In this document: piece by piece, positions 18,435 to 28,732 of the stretch | Layout of the letters: each line of letters begins with the position of its first letter | How positions within the stretch are numbered: the first letter of the stretch is position 1 | IMG/VR virus record: IMGVR_UViG_3300033070_001565 | Length of the DNA stretch: 64,000 bases | Source of the DNA: a virus | Lineage: Duplodnaviria > Heunggongvirae > Uroviricota > Caudoviricetes | Reading direction: 5' to 3' (one strand) | Position numbers and translations under genes: made by a program | Notes under the pieces: generated by a model | Databases searched by the model: none | Told to the model about the DNA's origin: nothing | The model's input: only the letters and a program-made list of their open reading frames with translations

Positions 18435-19163
18435 ATGAAGTCAACGCTTTCAATGTCTGAGTGGATTGACAGTATTCTCTGCGAGCAACAGGATACTGAT
18501 ATTCATTCAAGAGAAATGAAAGCGCAAAAGTCTTTTGCAAAACCGCAGAGAGAGGCAGATCTTCCAACACCCCCACGTGGGAATCAGCCAAAACAGCAAA
18601 AGCAGCAAGCGCCAGCTCAGACTCCACCTCCAGCACCTGCAGATCAGCCACAGCAGAATCAAACGGCCCAAACAGAGCAACCGCCTCCGGAGCAGCCTGA
18701 TCAAACAACTGCTCAAAAACCAGAGCAAACATCTCCTGATGTTGATGATGTTGTCGACAAACTGAATCAGATCAGAGCAGGTAAGTCTTTCAAAGACGAT
18801 AACATCAACGCAGCTCTGAGAGTTTACTTCAACGGGCTTCAACCTGATCAGAAAGAAAATCTTCTACAACACCTTAGAGGGATATCACAGATTGTTTCTG
18901 GAGTTGGTGACACTCCAAACGATCAGCAGAACCAATCTCCACCGGCGGATCAGACGGCCCCTGCCCCTCCCGCTGAGCAGCCACAGCAGAATTCTCCCCC
19001 TACGCAGCCTGCGCCGACACCTCCCATTGAGCCGGCTCCACAAGAGAAGCCAAAAGACACGCGTAAGGTTAAAAAAATCAATCCTGCTGTCATTCACAAA
19101 GGAAAATCGCGTGGGATTGAAGACTACAGCCCGCCGACACCGATCTCAATAAAAAAGCGTTGA
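18435..19163 (+). CDS. Pro/Gln-rich intrinsically disordered protein with internal repeat
   Basis: The QTPPPAPADQPQQN and QTAPAPPAEQPQQN blocks are repeated. Confidence 0.45.
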   Translation: MKSTLSMSEWIDSILCEQQDTDIHSREMKAQKSFAKPQREADLPTPPRGNQPKQQKQQAPAQTPPPAPADQPQQNQTAQTEQPPPEQPDQTTAQKPEQTSPDVDDVVDKLNQIRAGKSFKDDNINAALRVYFNGLQPDQKENLLQHLRGISQIVSGVGDTPNDQQNQSPPADQTAPAPPAEQPQQNSPPTQPAPTPPIEPAPQEKPKDTRKVKKINPAVIHKGKSRGIEDYSPPTPISIKKR

Positions 19164-19201
19164 AATAAAGAGTATACTGAAATAAAATGTAAGTAATACT
19201 C

Positions 19202-20383
19202 ATGGGCGGCGCAGCTGGGCACCTCAGTCATGTTGTTGAAGACTATTCTCTAACTTTTTCGCAGGTGTACCAACTGTGCTCGGGAGTTGGGAGGGGAATT
19301 CTTGAGGATGTTAGCGAAAAAATCGACGGAATGAACATCGTGTACACTGTATCAGACAGTGGACAGATTCGCTGTGCAAGGAATGGTGGAGATATCGCTC
19401 GCGGTGGAATGACCGCAGATGAGCTAGCTGCCAAGTTTTCTGGTAGAGGAAATCTTTCGATTGCTTTTAACGAAGGATTTCAGACTCTTTCAGATGTTTG
19501 CTCCGATCTTTCACCTGAGATTATCGATACAGTCTTTCTTGGTGGTAAGAGGTGGTATTCTGCAGAAATCGTATATTCGAATAATCCGAATGTGATCAAT
19601 TACGATGGAAATCACATCGTGTTTCACAGGAGTCCCATTTTCGAATTCAATCCCGAAACAGGTAAAACAGCTCCTGCAGCCGACTCTGCGTGGGCAGATA
19701 AGATTAATCAGCTAGCAAGGAGGTTCGAACAAAAGAAAACATCTACAGGCTGGCATGTGCACTCTGCGCTGAAAACATCACTAAAAGCGATGGCCGATGA
19801 ATCTTCTCTAAATGCTCTTAAGAGCACTCTCAATGAGATGGCTTCTTCTGTTGGAAAGACAGAATCGATTACTCTCGGAGAGTACGTACAGATCTCGCTT
19901 ACTGATATTGTAAAAGGTCGTCTCGGAGATGCAGCGCTGGAGCAGATCGTAAAACGTATGATGGAGATTCCAGGGTGTCTTACGCTGACTCAGATCAAGA
20001 AACTCATCCCTCCAGAAGCATACACGCAAACGAAGGCTCTTGTCGAATCTTCTCCAAAACTCATCAAATCGATTCTAAGACCGCTCGAAATTGCGATTCA
20101 CAAATTCTCTGTTGATCTCCTTAGAGGTATGGGATCCGTCCTCGTAAAGGATCACCGTCAAGAAGTAGAGCGGCTCAGAATGGCCGTTTCTTTCGCTGTC
20201 GATTCAGTAAAAGACAGAATGAATGACAGCATCAAAACTCAGCTTGAAAAGCTTGGTGACATCTCGAACATCTCGTCATCAATGGAGGGCATTGTGGTAA
20301 TGTTCGAGGGTAACGCTTACAAGTTCACAGGAGCATTTGCTCCCGTTAATCAAATTCTAGGAATGGGCCGCTATGCCAAGTGA
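19202..20383 (+). CDS. hypothetical protein (possible nucleotidyltransferase, KxDG-like motif)
   Basis: SEKIDGMNIVY resembles ligase motif I. This is a weak signal. Confidence 0.4.
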   Translation: MGGAAGHLSHVVEDYSLTFSQVYQLCSGVGRGILEDVSEKIDGMNIVYTVSDSGQIRCARNGGDIARGGMTADELAAKFSGRGNLSIAFNEGFQTLSDVCSDLSPEIIDTVFLGGKRWYSAEIVYSNNPNVINYDGNHIVFHRSPIFEFNPETGKTAPAADSAWADKINQLARRFEQKKTSTGWHVHSALKTSLKAMADESSLNALKSTLNEMASSVGKTESITLGEYVQISLTDIVKGRLGDAALEQIVKRMMEIPGCLTLTQIKKLIPPEAYTQTKALVESSPKLIKSILRPLEIAIHKFSVDLLRGMGSVLVKDHRQEVERLRMAVSFAVDSVKDRMNDSIKTQLEKLGDISNISSSMEGIVVMFEGNAYKFTGAFAPVNQILGMGRYAK

Positions 20384-21980
20384 TCAATCGATTCTTTCAA
20401 AAGTACAAGCAAATCAAAAATCTGCACAAACGAATCTTGCTCAAGCAACACAAGAGTACGTTACAGCGCTGATTTCGAGTCTCAATGCAAAACTTCGTAC
20501 AGCGTGGAAGTCGAAATACGATCGATGGTACAGTCAGAACGAAGCAAGTATCAAAGCTCTCAAATCAAATTCAAAATCAAAGAAACTAGTTGATACTGCT
20601 TCGATCAAACGTTCGCTCGATGCATCTTACCCAAAGCTTTATCAGATTCAGCCTCCTGGAGTCTCTGATCGATCGAAAGTTCCACTTAGCGGGGTACAGG
20701 AGAAAATCTATACTCCTGAGCTCTTTACATTCGACGGAATTCGTGTAATGGCGGGTCACATTCCTCCTGCGTTTTGGAGTGCGCCGGCAGTGGAATTTGG
20801 ACCGTCTGATGAAAAGTACGGCTCAGTTCTAAAATCTGATGAGATCAAGCCTTACACTCGTGCGTATCGTCGTAGCTTGGTAGATGTTAAACAGCAGTAT
20901 GATGCAGCACGTGCAGAGGTGCAGTCATTTGTAAAGTATACAAAATCTTCACTTTCAAAGTCTGCCGAAGTTTCACAGACATACGATGCGTCTGTTTACA
21001 TTGACGAGTTGAAATCGCTCGAGAAATATTCTTGGACTGATCCAAGACTTGCCGTAAATCAAGATGCATATGCCGATTACACTGATTTTATTGCAAGAAA
21101 TCCTTACAATCCCGCTCGAGCATCGTCTGGATCTACAGGGACCGGCCCAGGAGAGACTTGGCTCGGAAGACTGTTTGGTGGATCGCTTCAGGGCACGAAG
21201 CAATCTTTTGATCTTGTTCTGCCTACGACTGACGGTCGTAATGTTCGCTATGAAGTAAAGGCGATCGAAAAAGATTCTCGTTCAATCAGAGCTGGTGCTG
21301 CTCACGGCTTGAGAGCGTATCACAGCGTAAGAGAAAAATTGAACGACATATTCAATTCAATGAATGCTTTTTGTTCAATTATTGAGAAACACGAAAGCGC
21401 GTTTAAACTTCTTTCAACAATCAGGCTGCACAAGCTGTATTCAGATGTAAAGAACTTCTATGACGAAAGAAGAGAAAATATGGTGATGAATGGAAACATC
21501 ACAATAGAATCAATCAAGCAGCTTCGCGCAATATTGCATCAGGTTCTTTCAGTACGTTCGCAGATGAGTACTGTAGACTCAGATGTGGAAATTACGTACG
21601 GTGGTAAAACAGTCAAAGTTTCACCACAAAAGCTACGAAGAATTCTTGTTTTGCTTGCAGATGATGACGACGATGGATCATTCGAGTATAATCCAATTCA
21701 GCTTGCATTCGCTGCGATTGGATCATCAGAAGCATTTTCAAATCCTGATGGGTTCATAACCGAGATGATTGATTCTGTTGATATATCAACAGTATTTCCA
21801 GGAGTCGATGGAATCATCGTGGCATCTCCAGATGGATTTACAATCATTAACGCTAAAGATTTCAATTCGGCATTCGTTCTTGGAGGATTTAGAGAAGGCA
21901 GACCTGCATACAACTTTGTTCTATTAGCTTCTCAGAAGCTTCCAGTACGCCACCGGGTCAATACTTGGTGGCGTTCCTGA
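20373..21980 (+). CDS. hypothetical protein
   Basis: Product of 535 aa with an 11-nt overlap with the upstream gene. Confidence 0.45.
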   Translation: MPSDQSILSKVQANQKSAQTNLAQATQEYVTALISSLNAKLRTAWKSKYDRWYSQNEASIKALKSNSKSKKLVDTASIKRSLDASYPKLYQIQPPGVSDRSKVPLSGVQEKIYTPELFTFDGIRVMAGHIPPAFWSAPAVEFGPSDEKYGSVLKSDEIKPYTRAYRRSLVDVKQQYDAARAEVQSFVKYTKSSLSKSAEVSQTYDASVYIDELKSLEKYSWTDPRLAVNQDAYADYTDFIARNPYNPARASSGSTGTGPGETWLGRLFGGSLQGTKQSFDLVLPTTDGRNVRYEVKAIEKDSRSIRAGAAHGLRAYHSVREKLNDIFNSMNAFCSIIEKHESAFKLLSTIRLHKLYSDVKNFYDERRENMVMNGNITIESIKQLRAILHQVLSVRSQMSTVDSDVEITYGGKTVKVSPQKLRRILVLLADDDDDGSFEYNPIQLAFAAIGSSEAFSNPDGFITEMIDSVDISTVFPGVDGIIVASPDGFTIINAKDFNSAFVLGGFREGRPAYNFVLLASQKLPVRHRVNTWWRS

Positions 21981-22472
21981 TTTAAACGATTCAAAATCGT
22001 CATTCATCAGAGCTCTACGCATCTCAGTACCGGAGATTCCACCAGTTTCTTCCCTACTGATATCTTTCACTTCTATCATACCGTTTGAAAGCAGTTCACC
22101 ACCGTGTTTCTGTATGTATGCAGGTCTAAAACGATCGGATGCATCTGCGGGATCTGCATACAGCTTTATTGCCGGATGTCCAGCAGCATTCGCTGACTTG
22201 ATTTTTTCGTACGTTGCTGTCACTGGATTCGCTACGTAATGAACAGAAACATTGTGAGGTAGAGCTGGCAAAATGAGATTTTCCCAAGCACGTCTCATTT
22301 TTTCCCATGTCATTGGAAACTCTCCTGGCTTGACTCTGTTTCCTGTCGAGACATATACAATCACGCTCTCATTCTCCCGTGATGCAATTTCGATAATATG
22401 CTCGTGTCCCTTATGGAAGGGTTTCGCAGCCATTGGTATTATTCCGATTGAATCTTGTACGAATGATGACAT
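21924..22472 (-). CDS. nicotinamide/nicotinate mononucleotide adenylyltransferase-like (cytidylyltransferase fold)
   Basis: PMAAKPFHKGH (HxGH) and GGISGTEMRRAL (ISxT) motifs. The start is an internal Met of the longer track ORF. Confidence 0.55.
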   Translation of the reverse strand: MSSFVQDSIGIIPMAAKPFHKGHEHIIEIASRENESVIVYVSTGNRVKPGEFPMTWEKMRRAWENLILPALPHNVSVHYVANPVTATYEKIKSANAAGHPAIKLYADPADASDRFRPAYIQKHGGELLSNGMIEVKDISREETGGISGTEMRRALMNDDFESFKSGTPPSIDPVAYWKLLRS

Positions 22473-22490
22473 CTGTGATAACCTAATGGT

Positions 22491-23156
22491 ATGAAAACCA
22501 CTATTAAGTACATTGAAGAACACTGTGCCGGGTGCATTGTTCACAGAACTGGTGAAAATGGTACAGAGATCCTCATGATACAGCCTCAAGCAGGATCTGC
22601 ATGGGGACTTCCAAAAGGTCACATTGAAAGAAATGAGTCTTTTGAGACAGCCGCAATCCGAGAAACACGAGAGGAAACCGGTATAAAGGTAAAGATTAGC
22701 GGAACTGTACCGTTTCCGGCAGTGTTTCGAAACAGCAAATTGAAGAAAGAAGTATGGTTCTTTGTAGCAGAGCCCATTGATCCCAACGAAGCACTCGTTA
22801 ACTCTCACGAAACAGTGTGTGTTGCATGGTGGCCAATCTCAGCGCTTCCACCAATCCACGCATACCAACGCGGAGTTGTCGGGTGGTTCCTAGGGCAGCT
22901 CGATGCAAAAGAAATCCCTCATGCTCTTCCGATCGAAATCGAAAAGCAAATGCAAATTGCTGAAAATCTTTTTCCCCCTGACGTGAACTGGATGGAACTC
23001 AAGAAAGAAATCATGTTTCACAGTCCGATCCACGTGAGATGCTTCTTTTCGAGAAGAGATCCGAGAACAAAGAAGCAACGTATGAACTCTTTCGAGAAAT
23101 TGGTATCTGAGGGATGGAAAGCACGTACGGGAGAGTATCCCATATTCAGACCATAA
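22491..23156 (+). CDS. Nudix hydrolase
   Basis: Nudix box GLPKGHIERNESFETAAIRETREETGI. Confidence 0.8.
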   Translation: MKTTIKYIEEHCAGCIVHRTGENGTEILMIQPQAGSAWGLPKGHIERNESFETAAIRETREETGIKVKISGTVPFPAVFRNSKLKKEVWFFVAEPIDPNEALVNSHETVCVAWWPISALPPIHAYQRGVVGWFLGQLDAKEIPHALPIEIEKQMQIAENLFPPDVNWMELKKEIMFHSPIHVRCFFSRRDPRTKKQRMNSFEKLVSEGWKARTGEYPIFRP

Positions 23157-23166
23157 TTTATTTAGC

Positions 23167-24156
23167 ATGCCATCTTTGATCGAACAATACGTAAAAGCCG
23201 TGATCGCTGAGGATAGCGTAGCGGCAGAGGCGGGTGTATCTGGCTACACAGCTGGAGGTGGTATGGGATATGGCGTACAGAGGCTAGGTGGGCCCTCTGT
23301 AGCCCAGATATTTCTCAAACCATTCGCCAATGCATTCAAAGTTGCGGCCTCTGAGGGTGGTCAGACGATCAGCAGAGTGATGTCTCTCATAAAAGCCCAG
23401 GTAGCGACTGTCATATCGAAAGATCTTGCTCTAGAGTACACAAAGATCTGGAAAGATCACGCAACAGCTGTACAGCAATTCAAGCAGAAATACGCGGAGG
23501 CATACAAAGATATCGATCGTGTTACGACAGGAAACGAAGATTTTCTTTTCGTTGCATTCATGCTCGAACCTGGCGCGATGCTTGCAAGTTACATTCTTCC
23601 AAAATCTCCAAAGGTAGGAGTATCAATCGCGAATTGGCTCTCGGGAGGATCTCTTGGGAAGCAATGGGAACGTGAGAAGAGAAATGTGCAGCAAGACATT
23701 GGTCATGCATCGTATCGTTCAAGGAGCGAAGAACTGTCGTTCTATGACTGGCTCAGAAAGAGAATGACGAGAGTATCAGACGTTCTCGATGACAGTCAGG
23801 TTGGATCTGAGATGGCGCACGATGCTCAGAGAATCATCAAAGAGCAAGCTCGAAGAATCAGAGAGATGGTCGTATCTGTCGCAGTTGCACAGACTCCACA
23901 AGATATCGTAAGGGCGCTGCATTCATCAAGACAGATCGATATGAGGGAGATCATCAAGACGCTTAGCGGAAAGATGAATCAGCAACAGATCGACGCTCAG
24001 ATGCTCCATGCAATGAAAGAATCTGTAAAAATGTACGTTCTCACTCAGATCAATACACACATCAAATCAGTTCGTGCAAGTGGAATGTCTGCAGACTCTT
24101 TGTATGTAAAGTCATATACGAAGCTATACCATGAGATTGAACAGGTGAAAATCTAA
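23167..24156 (+). CDS. hypothetical protein with YVKAVIAED N-terminal leader
   Basis: N-terminus is MPSLIEQYVKAVIAEDSV, the same leader class as the 8-paralogue family. Confidence 0.45.
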   Translation: MPSLIEQYVKAVIAEDSVAAEAGVSGYTAGGGMGYGVQRLGGPSVAQIFLKPFANAFKVAASEGGQTISRVMSLIKAQVATVISKDLALEYTKIWKDHATAVQQFKQKYAEAYKDIDRVTTGNEDFLFVAFMLEPGAMLASYILPKSPKVGVSIANWLSGGSLGKQWEREKRNVQQDIGHASYRSRSEELSFYDWLRKRMTRVSDVLDDSQVGSEMAHDAQRIIKEQARRIREMVVSVAVAQTPQDIVRALHSSRQIDMREIIKTLSGKMNQQQIDAQMLHAMKESVKMYVLTQINTHIKSVRASGMSADSLYVKSYTKLYHEIEQVKI

Positions 24157-24425
24157 TGTCAAAAAAGAAAGAATCTCCGCAACTTGATGGTGTGTCTTCC
24201 GAGGATACAAAACGTTACGTTAGAGAGTTTGTTGCTGCAATTGATGCAATCGATAGTGAGATCGAAACTCTGAAGGAAGATCGTAAGGATACGATCGAGG
24301 ATTACAAAGAGAAGCTCGATATGAAGACTCTCAAGGCCGTTCTCTCTGTCATGAAGATCATGAAGCGTGTTGATAATAAGGGAACCTTCGATGAGTACAA
24401 AGAAGCGATCTCAACGGACGTCTGA
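24156..24425 (+). CDS. small acidic coiled-coil protein
   Basis: Product of 89 aa with an ATGA-type overlap. Confidence 0.4.
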   Translation: MSKKKESPQLDGVSSEDTKRYVREFVAAIDAIDSEIETLKEDRKDTIEDYKEKLDMKTLKAVLSVMKIMKRVDNKGTFDEYKEAISTDV

Positions 24426-25119
24426 GACGCTGGTAGGATTGAAGCTTACTAAGAAAGAGCTGAAATTTCTTTATAGGCTTTCATCGGTCTACGTTAATGA
24501 GAGTACTGCTGTGTCAGAGCTGCTTGCGCATTCTTTGAAGTGTACAAAATCAGAGCAAACTCTTGTTAACAAGATCGTCGAAGCATGTAAGAGATCGGGA
24601 ATTCCTGCAGGTCAGTCCGCACCTGATTTCTTGCTCGTTCCTAACGGGATTGTTCCTCTTGGAATCGTACAAGCAAAGAGAGAATTAACAGTGACAGTTC
24701 TGTCAATATCTCCTGGCGAGCTTGTATACGTTTACGAGCTCAAACGTGCTGCAATCATTCTCGGACTCTGTACAGAGCGTATCACACGGGAGAAAAAAGA
24801 TGGCACGCACACGTATCACACAGTTAAATTGCACGATCGTGCTCCGGTCGCACTTGAGGATCTCAAACCAGAAGAATTCTACTGGACGAAGGACAGAGAA
24901 GCATTCACGAATAAAATTCTGAGTATGGTGAAGGAAAAATTGAACGTCACAATAGATACTCAGACAGCTTCACTGAATGTGGGAGAAAACGATCACGAGA
25001 GTGATAATTTAACATGTGCCAAAACCACCAGAAGCCCCAGACGGCGCGCCCCTAGAAAAATGGGCGTGGGCGCCCCAACGCTCAGACGGTGTACCCGAGG
25101 AGGCGAATACCGAACATGA
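24391..25119 (+). CDS. hypothetical protein
   Basis: Internal Met start. The tail reads through a GC-rich island. Confidence 0.35.
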   Translation: MSTKKRSQRTSETLVGLKLTKKELKFLYRLSSVYVNESTAVSELLAHSLKCTKSEQTLVNKIVEACKRSGIPAGQSAPDFLLVPNGIVPLGIVQAKRELTVTVLSISPGELVYVYELKRAAIILGLCTERITREKKDGTHTYHTVKLHDRAPVALEDLKPEEFYWTKDREAFTNKILSMVKEKLNVTIDTQTASLNVGENDHESDNLTCAKTTRSPRRRAPRKMGVGAPTLRRCTRGGEYRT

Positions 25120-25612
25120 GAAACAGCTGCTAGGACAGATAGCAGCTTTTTTGAATTATTCGAAGCCACTTCCTCCAGAGACTATCAAAGAACTCAATAT
25201 GTACCTCAAAAAGGGCTGGTACAGAGGAGTGTTGAAAACGCCTGATTCCAAAAAAGTGTACAGAGGAATTTATTTGCCATCTGATTCATTCAGACAGGCT
25301 TACAGGATTCCTCCGGACGTTTCTGAGGGAGTGATTACAAACAATCAGTGGTACACCGCTCCAAATGGTTGTTCGTCATGGACAACGAATAAAACCGTTG
25401 CATCAATCGGCGCGAAACCAAGACCATTTCGCCCAGCACCAGGTCTTGCTCAGGTAGTTCTGCATGCTTATACAGCACAGAATCAATTCAAGTTCGTCGT
25501 TTGCAGATCGGGTCTCTATAAGATTGCTGGTCTTGATTCGAACGATGAAAAATCAGAGGTCATTGGACTCGGTAGAATCGAAATCTTCAAAATAGAGTAC
25601 GAGATTGGCTGA
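25016..25612 (+). CDS. hypothetical protein (GTG start or later Met)
   Basis: Product of 198 aa, upstream of the paralogue array. Confidence 0.35.
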   Translation: MPKPPEAPDGAPLEKWAWAPQRSDGVPEEANTEHEKQLLGQIAAFLNYSKPLPPETIKELNMYLKKGWYRGVLKTPDSKKVYRGIYLPSDSFRQAYRIPPDVSEGVITNNQWYTAPNGCSSWTTNKTVASIGAKPRPFRPAPGLAQVVLHAYTAQNQFKFVVCRSGLYKIAGLDSNDEKSEVIGLGRIEIFKIEYEIG

Positions 25613-26226
25613 TGTTCGAATCATACGTTCGTTCAATCGTCGAAGCTGCAGTCAAACCAATGCAAGCTGCCGAAAATGGTCTCGCTCTGTGCAAGAAGCA
25701 AGGCAGCATTACTCTGTACGATCCTGCAAAGCTCCTGAGCGATCCCACTGGCTCTCTCCCAAATATCGGTCAGTCTTATTCAAAAATTGTGATGGCTCAC
25801 TTGAAGTACGTAACGAAATCAGCGGGAGGTGAGAAACTCAATCAAGTAAAATCTGCAGCAGCGAAACACGGATACGGGCCCGTGATCTATGACGCTCTGC
25901 TGAATACAGGGTGGACAATGCCAGACAGACTCTCTGTATCTCACGAGGCCCTACGCGTTTGGAACTATTACGCGAATAAACGCGGAGATGTTTCGATGAA
26001 GCCTCTGCCTCCAGCATTCTGTGTACCAGATGATGATGTGTACAATGACGAACAGTTGAAACTCGTAAACTCTGCGTACTTTGTACCAGATCTACAATCG
26101 GGTTACTCTGAACTGATCGATGCGCACGAGGAATTTGTACGCGCTCTCCGTCCGTATCACACAGCAAATTCTGTCGAAACGTACCTGTCAAAGGCAGGAG
26201 ATCTTCTATTCGGTGAGCTGTACTGA
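25612..26226 (+). CDS. tandem paralogue 1 of 8 (YVRSIVEAAV leader; GYGPxxYD / PDRxSVS / RVWxYY core)
   Basis: MFESYVRSIVEAAV...HGYGPVIYD...PDRLSVSHEALRVWNYY. Confidence 0.6.
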   Translation: MFESYVRSIVEAAVKPMQAAENGLALCKKQGSITLYDPAKLLSDPTGSLPNIGQSYSKIVMAHLKYVTKSAGGEKLNQVKSAAAKHGYGPVIYDALLNTGWTMPDRLSVSHEALRVWNYYANKRGDVSMKPLPPAFCVPDDDVYNDEQLKLVNSAYFVPDLQSGYSELIDAHEEFVRALRPYHTANSVETYLSKAGDLLFGELY

Positions 26227-26846
26227 TGATCAACACTTATGTAAAGAGGATCGTAGAAGCAGCTGTACAACCCTCTCGTGCGCTTTCGGAGGGTCTCGCT
26301 CTTTGCTTCTCTCAACCACTTGATATTATCGTGCTGTACAAACCATCCGTGTTTGGAAATCCGGATGAAGGATTGCTGAAGACTTCACACAAGGGAGTTG
26401 TCTTTGGATACCTCTCGTACAGAGATAGAAGCGTTGACGATTATCACATCAGAGAGGTAACGGCCTCAGCAGCAACTCATGGGTATGGTCCGATTCTGTA
26501 CGATACTCTCCTACACAGTGGCTGGGCGATACCTGATCGCGGAAGCGTTTCAAAAGCAGCTCTCAGAGTTTGGGAGTATTACGCAAAATCACGACCCGAA
26601 ACTGTGATCAAGAAGATTCCAGATCCACTCAGAGATACGTCAGACAACTTGCAGTTTGATGAAAGAAAAAATCATCTTCTCAACTCAATGTACTCTCTCC
26701 CAAGCATTGATCAGAGATATGACGATCTGCTCGCAGAACACGAGAAATTCGTTGAGTCAATGCGTCGTTACAGACAACAGATCGTAATAGAGAAGAAGCT
26801 CGACGATCTTGGACAAGACTTCTTTGCGGAGAAATACAGTGGTTGA
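26226..26846 (+). CDS. tandem paralogue 2 of 8
   Basis: MINTYVKRIVEAAV...HGYGPILYD...PDRGSVSKAALRVWEYY, joined by an ATGA overlap. Confidence 0.6.
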   Translation: MINTYVKRIVEAAVQPSRALSEGLALCFSQPLDIIVLYKPSVFGNPDEGLLKTSHKGVVFGYLSYRDRSVDDYHIREVTASAATHGYGPILYDTLLHSGWAIPDRGSVSKAALRVWEYYAKSRPETVIKKIPDPLRDTSDNLQFDERKNHLLNSMYSLPSIDQRYDDLLAEHEKFVESMRRYRQQIVIEKKLDDLGQDFFAEKYSG

Positions 26847-27459
26847 GAGGTATGTACGTGCAATTGTTGAGAAGGCCATTGTACCAGAGAAGGCTCTGCA
26901 ACATGGTCTGTCACTCCTAAAAGGAAAGGACTGTCTGGTCCTCTACAATGGGTGGGAGGCCACCAACAGGGCCCGGGCCTCGAAGGGAGGTATTCCACCT
27001 GCCAGTGTCATTCCCATCATTGGATTCTTGCAGTGGTACGACCGCCTGGGCACTCCGGCAGTGAGAGAGATCAAAGCTTCGTTTGCAGTACACGGATGCG
27101 GACCGCTTCTTTACGATATTGCAATGTCTGGTTGCGAGTGGATGATGGCTGACAGATTTTCAGTTTCTGCAGCTGCAGAGCGTGTTTGGTTGTATTACTA
27201 CTCAAAACGTAGCGATGTTGAGCACGCTCCTCTTCCAGAGAAATATCAGAAAGATCCCGAAGAACTTACTGAGCGGGAGAGAACAGTTCTCAATTCGATG
27301 TATAGAATCAAAGACAAGATCGACTCACACGAACTTGAAGCTGCTCACAGAGATCACTGTGAAGAAATCGCGCGGATTTCTGGTGAGGCAGGAATAAGAA
27401 AATTCGAGAGACAGATTGTCCTCGCTGGCGAACAAAAGTTTTCGGATGCATTCACATGA
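26839..27459 (+). CDS. tandem paralogue 3 of 8 (GTG start)
   Basis: VVERYVRAIVEKAIV...HGCGPLLYD...RVWLYYY. Confidence 0.5.
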   Translation: MVERYVRAIVEKAIVPEKALQHGLSLLKGKDCLVLYNGWEATNRARASKGGIPPASVIPIIGFLQWYDRLGTPAVREIKASFAVHGCGPLLYDIAMSGCEWMMADRFSVSAAAERVWLYYYSKRSDVEHAPLPEKYQKDPEELTERERTVLNSMYRIKDKIDSHELEAAHRDHCEEIARISGEAGIRKFERQIVLAGEQKFSDAFT

Positions 27460-28073
27460 TTATCAAAGAAGCAGCTAGCACAATATCAGACGCAATAGGC
27501 GATGGTCTGGCACTGTACGATTCAGATCCTGGTAACATCAGCGCGAGTATTATTCTGTACGATCCGGTCATCGCTAGACTGAGACCGACCGCAGAGTGTA
27601 TTACTGCTTACGTTGGCGTCGATAATGATCCATACATTGCTGGAAGATTTGGGATGGTTTCGTCATCAGTGGCAGAGTCGGGTTATGGACCTCTGACGTA
27701 CGATTACGCTCTCTCGAGAGGATTCAAAATCATCTCTGACAGATCGTCAGTCTCGTCATCTGCTCAGAGAGTATGGGTGTACTACTATCTCAAGCGTAGC
27801 GATGTCATGAAACAGCGAATCATTGCTCCTGACACGAAACCGGTAATAAAGGCTTGGACATATCCATCTTACAAGATTGAAGATGACGATACGAGAGATG
27901 CTCTCAATCATGCTTACTGGATTCCGAACGGAGAGGAAAAATTCGTAGATCTCCTCGAGGCCCATGATACGCGTTTGAACAGTATCAAAGGTCAGGCAGC
28001 CAAGAGACAGTTCCTGCAGTCTCTCCGTAGTGCGGCACTGTCGTTTTTCCACGCTAATTACAAGGACGAGTGA
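27456..28073 (+). CDS. tandem paralogue 4 of 8 (diverged leader)
   Basis: MIIKEAASTISDAIGDGLALYD...SGYGPLTYD...RVWVYYY. Confidence 0.55.
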   Translation: MIIKEAASTISDAIGDGLALYDSDPGNISASIILYDPVIARLRPTAECITAYVGVDNDPYIAGRFGMVSSSVAESGYGPLTYDYALSRGFKIISDRSSVSSSAQRVWVYYYLKRSDVMKQRIIAPDTKPVIKAWTYPSYKIEDDDTRDALNHAYWIPNGEEKFVDLLEAHDTRLNSIKGQAAKRQFLQSLRSAALSFFHANYKDE

Positions 28074-28732
28074 TGTCTCTCCAAGCGTATGTAAGAAAAA
28101 TTGTCGAGGCGGCGCTGACATCATCTGATGCAGAGAGTTCAGGTCTTGCCCTTTGCGTTGTTAACAGAGACGGTACGCTTGCGATACTTTACAACGTTAG
28201 TAAAATGAAAGACGCTCTTTGGCATCACAAGGGAAGAGACGTTGACGCAATTGTCGGGATGATTCACGTAACTTCGGCTGAGTATAACGTTCATGGACCG
28301 AGTTACGGTGGGCTTGAGGTTGTGGCAGCTGCGGCGGAGAAAGGTTACGGCCCACTACTTTACGATTTTGCACTGAGTTTGGGAAAACCGATTATGCCAG
28401 ATCGTGAGTCGGTTTCGAAAAAAGCTTCTGCAATATGGGATTACTTCTATTCAAAGAGACCAGATGTCAAGAAACTGAGGCTTGACAACAAGTATGATCC
28501 AAAAACGCCAGACCCGTATGATGATTCGTGGTATCACAAAGAGACTGGAAAGGAGAATCCACTAAATTTCGCATACGTTGGCGAGGGAAATCCTTGCACG
28601 TCACTGATTGCTGCTCATGATCGTCTCTGCGAAACATTCGAACGTCTCGGTGTTTGCAAGAAAGAAAACTTTGTCAACCTACTGAAGATTGTTGGAGACA
28701 GATACTTCATTGGGAGATATAGACACGGATGA
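28073..28732 (+). CDS. tandem paralogue 5 of 8
   Basis: MSLQAYVRKIVEAAL...KGYGPLLYDFALS...IWDYFY...LRLDNKYDPKTPDPYDDS. Confidence 0.6.
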   Translation: MSLQAYVRKIVEAALTSSDAESSGLALCVVNRDGTLAILYNVSKMKDALWHHKGRDVDAIVGMIHVTSAEYNVHGPSYGGLEVVAAAAEKGYGPLLYDFALSLGKPIMPDRESVSKKASAIWDYFYSKRPDVKKLRLDNKYDPKTPDPYDDSWYHKETGKENPLNFAYVGEGNPCTSLIAAHDRLCETFERLGVCKKENFVNLLKIVGDRYFIGRYRHG

